64,000 nucleotides of DNA from a candidate division FCPU426 bacterium (GTDB lineage Bacteria; Oederibacteriota; Muellerivitia; Muellerivitales; Muellerivitaceae), in NCBI GenBank assembly GCA_963796105.1, contig CAWCKJ010000006.1:224001-288000 (forward strand), in the 5' to 3' direction. Every line of letters starts with the position of its first letter. The first letter of the stretch is position 1. Positions 58,299-64,000 of the stretch are shown in pieces. The notes below the pieces were generated by a model that ran no database searches, was not told the origin of the DNA, and saw only the letters and a list, made by a program, of their open reading frames with translations. The translations under genes were made by a program, and so were the position numbers.

Positions 58299-59582
58299 GT
58301 GATAGTCACCGTCAAGGACAATTCGGGATGTAGCAAAGAAATCCATGTGGAGATACCGGCTGACGCGGTCCAGTCCAAGGTGGACGCCATTTATAAGAAA
58401 ATCGTTCAGGAAGCCAAACTGCCCGGTTTTCGCAAGGGGAAGGCTCCCCTGGACGTGATAAAAAAGAAATATAAAGACACGGTCAGGGAGGAAATGGTCA
58501 GGCATGAGCTTCCGGAGTACTTCAAGACCGCCTTGATCAACGAAAAAATCGAACCCGTGTCTCAGCCCCAGGTGACCCACCTTCAATTTGACGAGGGATC
58601 GCCCATGAAGTTCATCGGAATCGTCGAAATCAAGCCAAAATTCGACTTGAAAGAATACAAGGGCCTCAAGATTACCAAGGAATCCACGAAGGTGAAAGAA
58701 GAGGACGTGGATAAGACTTTGGACGGCTTGAGGGAGCAGGTCGCGGAATTCATTCCAGTGGAAAACCGTTCCGCTAAGGAAGGGGACCTGGTCGTCATTG
58801 ATTTCGAGGGAAAAATCGACGGGAAAACCTTTGAGGGGGGGAAGGCCAACAGGTATCCCGCGCTTCTGGGAAGCCAGAACTTATTGAAGGATTTCGAGAC
58901 GAATCTGGTGGGCGCGAAAAAGGGGGAATCCAAGACTTTCAAGATCACATTCCCGGCGAACTACGGGAAAAAGGAGCTGGAGGGGAAGGAGGCCGAGTTC
59001 TCAGTCATCCTTCATGAGATAAAGGAAAAGAAACTGCCGATGGTGGACAACGATTTCGCGAAGAAGATCGCCCAAGCAGAGACGGTCAAGGATTTGAGGG
59101 AAAGGCTTGAAAAGGAAATCAAGGCCCACAAGGAAGTGGAGCAGCGCTCAAAAATGATCGAGCAAATCGGCGAAAAGCTGATCGGGGAGCACCCTTTCGA
59201 TATCCCGGTCTCGCTGGTGGATTTGGAACAGCAAAGGCTTGTCCAACAGGGGGTCGAGAGGCTTCGGAACCAGGGGATCGACGCCGCCAAACTTTCCGAC
59301 GAGCAAAAGAAGCAATTTGTCGAGAGCCTGAGGCCCGTGGCCCAGAAGAATGTGCGCATGGCTCTTCTCGTGGAGAAGATCGCCGAGGCTGAGAAAATCC
59401 GGTGCGAGGAGAAGGATTTCGAGGCTTATATCGACCGGCTCTCCAAGAACGCGAACCAGCCGCCGGACGCGGTGAAGCAATACATCCAGAAGCAGGGAAA
59501 TGTCGACTCGGTCCGGGATTGGATCCGTTATGAGAAGACTCTGGATTACCTGATTTCAGTCTCGAAAGTGGACGCGGCTTAA
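58299..59582 (+). CDS. tig: trigger factor
   Basis: PGFRKGKAP, FKBP domain IDFEG...FEGG. Confidence 0.95.
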   Translation: MIVTVKDNSGCSKEIHVEIPADAVQSKVDAIYKKIVQEAKLPGFRKGKAPLDVIKKKYKDTVREEMVRHELPEYFKTALINEKIEPVSQPQVTHLQFDEGSPMKFIGIVEIKPKFDLKEYKGLKITKESTKVKEEDVDKTLDGLREQVAEFIPVENRSAKEGDLVVIDFEGKIDGKTFEGGKANRYPALLGSQNLLKDFETNLVGAKKGESKTFKITFPANYGKKELEGKEAEFSVILHEIKEKKLPMVDNDFAKKIAQAETVKDLRERLEKEIKAHKEVEQRSKMIEQIGEKLIGEHPFDIPVSLVDLEQQRLVQQGVERLRNQGIDAAKLSDEQKKQFVESLRPVAQKNVRMALLVEKIAEAEKIRCEEKDFEAYIDRLSKNANQPPDAVKQYIQKQGNVDSVRDWIRYEKTLDYLISVSKVDAA

Positions 59583-59591
59583 TAGTAAATA

Positions 59592-59722
59592 GTAACCTCT
59601 GAAAAAGTCGGCTATCGCCTCCTTTTTCAGAAAAACATTTATGGAAACCCCGCGATTTCCTGCGGAAATCTTTGGGGTCGAAACCTCTGTCGGCCGCTTT
59701 TAAATAGTTTTTTAGAGGTTTC
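59592..59722 (-). mobile_element. MITE-like repeat, copy 2
   Basis: GTAACCTCTGAAAAAGT ... AGTTTTTTAGAGGTTTC ends; reverse complement aligns to 22828..23032. Confidence 0.75.
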
Positions 59723-59749
59723 AAGTAGAAACAAATTCATGGAGGATTT

Positions 59750-60349
59750 ATGGCTCTCATTCCAATAGTCGTGGAGCAGACGAACCGTGGGGAAAGGTCT
59801 TATGATATCTACTCCAGGCTCCTGAAGGACCGCATCGTCATCCTGGGAACCCCGGTGAATGATGACGTGGCCAATACCATCATCGCCCAGCTTCTGTTCC
59901 TGGAATCAGAGGATCCGGATAAGGATATCAACATTTACATCAACAGCCCCGGAGGCGTGGTGACCTCCGGCCTGGCGATTTACGACACCATCCAGTACAT
60001 GCGGGCGCCGGTTTCCACCATTTGCGTGGGACAGGCCGCCAGCATGGGAGCGGTGCTTTTGGCGGCGGGAGCCAAGGGCAAAAGATACAGCCTTCCCAAT
60101 TCCAGGATCATGATCCACCAACCCTCGGGAGGCACCCAAGGCCAGGCCACGGACATCGAGATCCAGGCCAAGGAAATCCTGAAAATCCGGGAGCGTTTGA
60201 ACGCCATCCTGGCCCAACACACGGGCAAGCCGGTGGAGACCATCGCGCAGGACGTGGAACGGGACTTTTTCATGTCCGCGGAGGAAGCCAAGGATTACGG
60301 GTTGATCGACGAAATCCTGGCCAAGAGGCCGGAGCCGAAGAAAAAGTAA
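59750..60349 (+). CDS. clpP: ATP-dependent Clp protease proteolytic subunit
   Basis: DIYSRLL, YINSPGG, AASMGA, MIHQP. Confidence 0.97.
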   Translation: MALIPIVVEQTNRGERSYDIYSRLLKDRIVILGTPVNDDVANTIIAQLLFLESEDPDKDINIYINSPGGVVTSGLAIYDTIQYMRAPVSTICVGQAASMGAVLLAAGAKGKRYSLPNSRIMIHQPSGGTQGQATDIEIQAKEILKIRERLNAILAQHTGKPVETIAQDVERDFFMSAEEAKDYGLIDEILAKRPEPKKK

Positions 60350-60366
60350 AACGAGGAGATAGTTCC

Positions 60367-61632
60367 ATGGCGGGTGATCGGGAAAAAACTTCCTTTTTAA
60401 GATGCTCCTTCTGCGGAAAGAACCAGGACGAGGTCAAGAAACTGGTGGCGGGGCCCACGGTTTACATCTGCAACGAGTGCGTGGCCCTCTGCAATGACAT
60501 ATTAAAAGATGATATCAAGGGGGACGCCAAGGCCGGGGCGGCCAAGTCCAAAGTTCTGGTGCCGAAACCAGCCGAAATCAAGGGCATCCTGGACGAATAC
60601 GTGATTGGCCAGGAAAAGGCCAAGAAGATATTATCCGTGGCGGTTCATAACCACTATAAACGCCTGACGGTCAAGCAGGGGCCGCAGGACGTGGAACTGC
60701 AAAAAAGCAACGTGCTCCTGATCGGGCCTACTGGCGTGGGAAAAACCCTTCTCGCCCAAACATTGGCCAGGATTCTGGACGTGCCTTTCGCGGTGGCGGA
60801 CGCCACCACCCTGACCGAGGCGGGCTATGTCGGGGAGGATGTCGAAAACATCATCCTCAAGCTCCTTCAAAACGCGGAATTTGACGTGGCCAAGGCCGAG
60901 CGGGGAATTGTTTATATCGACGAAATCGACAAGATCAGCAGGAAATCCGAGAATGCCAGCATTACCCGCGACGTTTCGGGGGAAGGCGTCCAGCAGGCCC
61001 TCCTCAAGATCATCGAGGGAACGGAAGTCAATGTTCCTCCCCAGGGAGGGCGCAAGCACCCCCACCAAGAATACATCAAGGTGGATTCCACGAATATTCT
61101 CTTCATTTGCGGGGGGGCTTTCGTGGGATTGGAAAAAATCATCGAGAACCGGATCGGCCGCAAGAGCATCGGCTTCAAGGGCGAGGCCTTGAGCCGCAAG
61201 GAAAAAAAACTGGGCGAGCTTTTCGAGAAGACCCAGCCGGAGGATCTGATCAAGTTCGGGCTGATCCCTGAGTTTATCGGCCGGCTGCCGATCGTATCGG
61301 CCCTTCATGAGCTGGATGAGGCGTCTTTGGTGAGGGTGCTCACCGAACCCAAGAACGCCTTGACCAAGCAGTATCAGAAATATTTCGAGATGGAAAACGT
61401 GAAATTGAAGTTTACCCCGGAGGCCTTGAAGGCCGTCGCGTTGGAGGCGATCCAGCGCCAATCGGGGGCCAGGGGATTGCGGGCCATCCTGGAAGAGGTT
61501 GTGATGAACCTGATGTACGAAATTCCATCCCGCAAAGACATCAAGGAAGTGGTCGTGACGGAAGGGGCGATTCTTAAAAAGGAAGAACCCATCCTGGTTT
61601 ACCAAAAAGGGTTCGGAGAAAACACCGCCTAG
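60367..61632 (+). CDS. clpX: ATP-dependent Clp protease ATP-binding subunit ClpX
   Basis: CSFCGK zinc finger, [24 protein letters not shown] loop; ATG 60367 after GAGGAG. Confidence 0.97.
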   Translation: MAGDREKTSFLRCSFCGKNQDEVKKLVAGPTVYICNECVALCNDILKDDIKGDAKAGAAKSKVLVPKPAEIKGILDEYVIGQEKAKKILSVAVHNHYKRLTVKQGPQDVELQKSNVLLIGPTGVGKTLLAQTLARILDVPFAVADATTLTEAGYVGEDVENIILKLLQNAEFDVAKAERGIVYIDEIDKISRKSENASITRDVSGEGVQQALLKIIEGTEVNVPPQGGRKHPHQEYIKVDSTNILFICGGAFVGLEKIIENRIGRKSIGFKGEALSRKEKKLGELFEKTQPEDLIKFGLIPEFIGRLPIVSALHELDEASLVRVLTEPKNALTKQYQKYFEMENVKLKFTPEALKAVALEAIQRQSGARGLRAILEEVVMNLMYEIPSRKDIKEVVVTEGAILKKEEPILVYQKGFGENTA

Positions 61633-61834
61633 CGTTAACCTGAAGCACTGACAAAATCCCTTTGGAAACCTTTGGAATTTTTAACATTCTCGTTTTCTGC
61701 AGAAATCCCAAAACCCCTTGACAGCGTCTTCGCCCAAGTTAAACTAACCAGACTTTTCACAGTAGGCCTTTGTTTTTTATTTTTGCTCAGGCAATTTAAA
61801 GTTTTCGATATTAAATCTTATAAAGAGGTGTCCC

Positions 61835-62989
61835 GTGAGAAAAAAATACATTATGGCCCCAGGGCCAACTCCCATTCCCCCGGAAGTATTGGCGGAAGCC
61901 AGTATGCCCATTATTCACCACAGGACTCCCCAGTTTCAGGCCATATTTAAAGAGGCCAACGAGGGCCTGCAGTTTGTCTTTCGCACGAAGCAGCCTGTTT
62001 TGACCTTTACCTCGGTGGGGACCGGCGTCATGGAATCGGCGGTCTCCAATATGACCTCCCCGGGCGAGAAAGTGCTCGTGGCATCCTCGGGACATTTCGG
62101 GAACCGTTGGAGGGAAATCTGCAAGGCCTACCAAGTGGAAGTGGAGCATTATGAGGTGGAGTGGGGCCAGGCGGTGGACTCGGCTGAAGTCACCAAAAGG
62201 CTCAAGGCCTCGCCGGAGATCAAGTTGGTCTATACGACCCTCAATGAGACTTCCACCGGGGTTGCCAACGACATCCAAGCCCTGACCAAAGCGGTCCATG
62301 AGGCGGGAGCCATGATCGTGGTGGACGCCATTTCGGGCCTGGGAGCCATTCCCTGCGAGACCGACGCTTGGGGAGTGGATTTGATCCTGGCGGGTTCCCA
62401 AAAGGGTTTCATGATCCCGCCGGGCCTTGGGTTTGTCTGCCTTTCCCCCGCCGCGATGGAAAAGACCAAGACCGCGAAAAGCCCGCGTTACTATTTCAGC
62501 TACGAAAAGGCCGCCAAGAAGTTGATCGAGGAAAAAATGCCGGACACTCCCTTCACACCGGCTATCTCCTTGGTGATCCAGCTCAAGAAGGCATTGGATC
62601 TGATCAAACAGGAGGGAATGGAAAATGTCTGGAAGCGCCATGCCGGCTTGGCGAAGGCCACCCGCGCGGCGGTGCAGGCCCTGGGATTGAGACTTTTTGC
62701 GCCAAGCGCTCCCTCCAACTCCATCACTTCCGTGGACGCGCCAGATGGCATTGATACCGGCTTGATCAACAAGACTTTCCGGGATGTCTATGGGATGAGC
62801 ATCGTGGGAGGGCAGGGCAAGCTGAAGGGAAAGATTTTCCGGATCGGCCATCTGGGCTACGTGGACGGGTCGGATGTTATTCTGGCTATTGCCACCCTGG
62901 AAATGGTTCTTCACAGGGTGGGCAAAAAGGTTCCATTGGGCGCGGGAGTTAAGGCGGCGCAGGAAATTATTCTGGCTGAGAATCTGTAA
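61835..62989 (+). CDS. class V PLP aminotransferase (serine-pyruvate type; probably acts as phosphoserine aminotransferase)
   Basis: PGPTP, HHRTP.F, NETSTGV, VDAISG, GSQKG...PPGL, TPFTP, FRIGHLG; directly upstream of serA. Confidence 0.9.
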   Translation: MRKKYIMAPGPTPIPPEVLAEASMPIIHHRTPQFQAIFKEANEGLQFVFRTKQPVLTFTSVGTGVMESAVSNMTSPGEKVLVASSGHFGNRWREICKAYQVEVEHYEVEWGQAVDSAEVTKRLKASPEIKLVYTTLNETSTGVANDIQALTKAVHEAGAMIVVDAISGLGAIPCETDAWGVDLILAGSQKGFMIPPGLGFVCLSPAAMEKTKTAKSPRYYFSYEKAAKKLIEEKMPDTPFTPAISLVIQLKKALDLIKQEGMENVWKRHAGLAKATRAAVQALGLRLFAPSAPSNSITSVDAPDGIDTGLINKTFRDVYGMSIVGGQGKLKGKIFRIGHLGYVDGSDVILAIATLEMVLHRVGKKVPLGAGVKAAQEIILAENL

Positions 62990-63085
62990 TTGAAGCAATG
63001 GATTTTAGCTGACCTATTTGAAAATTAGGGGAGGGGTCCCGTTCCTTTTCGAGATTCGGAAAAGGGATCCCGCAAAGGAATGGCC

Positions 63086-64000
63086 ATGTTTAAAATTCTC
63101 GTTTCCGACAAGCTTTCCGATGAGGGGATGCAGGTTTTCAGGAAGGAAAAAGACATTCAAGCGGATGAGGTCCTCAACAAGACTCCGGAACAGCTTAAAG
63201 CCGTCATCGAGAATTATGACGCATGGGTCATCCGAAGCGGGACCACCGCTACCGCTGAATTGATCGAGGCGGCCAAGAAATTAAAGATCATTGGGCGCGC
63301 CGGGGTCGGCGTGGACAACGTGGATTTAAAGGCCGCCACCAAGCGCGGGATTATCGTCATGAATACCCCCGATGGAAACACCATTTCCACCGCGGAGCAC
63401 ACCATCGCCATGCTCATGTCGATGGCGCGTCTGATTCCCCAAGCCATGCAATCCGTGAAAGAAGGCAAGTGGGAGCGGAGCAAATTCACCGGCTGCGAGC
63501 TGAATGAGAAGGTCCTGAGCGTGATTGGCCTCGGCCGAATAGGAGCCAACGTGGCCCGAAAGGCCATGGGCCTGGGAATGCGCGTCCTGGCTTTCGATCC
63601 TTTTATCGATCCTTCCAAGGCTTCCGGCCATGATTTTGAGATTGTGACCTTCGAGGACGCCGTCAAGAGGGCTGATTTTATCACGGTCCATACTCCCCTC
63701 ACCCCGGAAACCCGCGGACTTATCGGGAAGAAGGAAATAGCGGCGATGAAACAAGGGGTTAGGCTGGTGAACTGCGCCAGGGGAGGGATCATCGATGAGG
63801 CGGCCTTGTTGGAGGGTCTTCAAAGCGGAAAAGTCGCCGGTGCCGCCCTGGATGTTTTCGAGAAGGAACCCCCCACGGACAATCCCCTGTTGAAATTGAG
63901 CAATGTCGTTTGCGTCCCGCATTTGGGAGCGGCCACCAAGGAAGCCCAGGTCAACGTGGCGGTGGTTGTGGCGGAACAAATGGTAGAGGCCTTGAGGGGA
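63086..64000 (+). CDS. serA: D-3-phosphoglycerate dehydrogenase (runs off the window; absent from the ORF track)
   Basis: Manual translation: MFKILVSDKLS...IRSGT...IGRAGVGVDNVD...NTISTAEH...GLGRIG...VNCARGG...DVFEKEP...PHLGA. Confidence 0.95.
   Translation, partial: MFKILVSDKLSDEGMQVFRKEKDIQADEVLNKTPEQLKAVIENYDAWVIRSGTTATAELIEAAKKLKIIGRAGVGVDNVDLKAATKRGIIVMNTPDGNTISTAEHTIAMLMSMARLIPQAMQSVKEGKWERSKFTGCELNEKVLSVIGLGRIGANVARKAMGLGMRVLAFDPFIDPSKASGHDFEIVTFEDAVKRADFITVHTPLTPETRGLIGKKEIAAMKQGVRLVNCARGGIIDEAALLEGLQSGKVAGAALDVFEKEPPTDNPLLKLSNVVCVPHLGAATKEAQVNVAVVVAEQMVEALRG

Noticed and set aside
60022..60366. Apparent 115-aa N-terminal extension of ClpX in the ORF track
   Set aside because: It overlaps clpP in another frame; the real start is ATG 60367 with a GAGGAG RBS
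61835..64000. Aminotransferase-serA pairing as a novel pathway
   Set aside because: Class V aminotransferases next to serA are a known substitute for SerC in serine biosynthesis

Overview
Bacterial chromosomal window, mostly housekeeping genes: cls, rlmN, hisG, ilvD, typA, smc, ftsY, glgA, ileS-lspA-lspA-lgt-rluD, rnj, prfC, trxB, glpD, tRNA-Leu-tig-clpP-clpX, a class V aminotransferase and serA. A GT9 heptosyltransferase-like gene suggests a diderm. The Thr/Pro-linker surface protein with a T9SS-like C-terminal domain is reminiscent of uncultured lineages such as FCPU426 (unverified impression). Accessory content: the 3' end of an IS1595-family element; a ~5.7 kb island (AEP primase-SF2 helicase fusion, AAA/DUF4143 ATPase, a sigma-factor region 1.2/2-only protein) bracketed by two paralogous double-HTH genes; a ~1978-aa Cys-rich modular surface protein gene split by an intact 1644-bp IS1380 (14/15-bp TIR, TAATA target duplication); and several MITE/REP-like repeats. 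Best candidates for undescribed biology: (1) a diguanylate cyclase carrying a C-terminal glycogen-binding CBM48/AMPK-beta-like domain directly downstream of glycogen synthase; (2) a tandem ~105-nt two-hairpin unit in the tRNA-Leu leader that copies, and can pair with, the tRNA 5' end; (3) two His-less HPt-like paralogs flanking a receiver protein; (4) the sigma-2-only gene in the island. All family assignments come from motif recognition by eye, with no database search.
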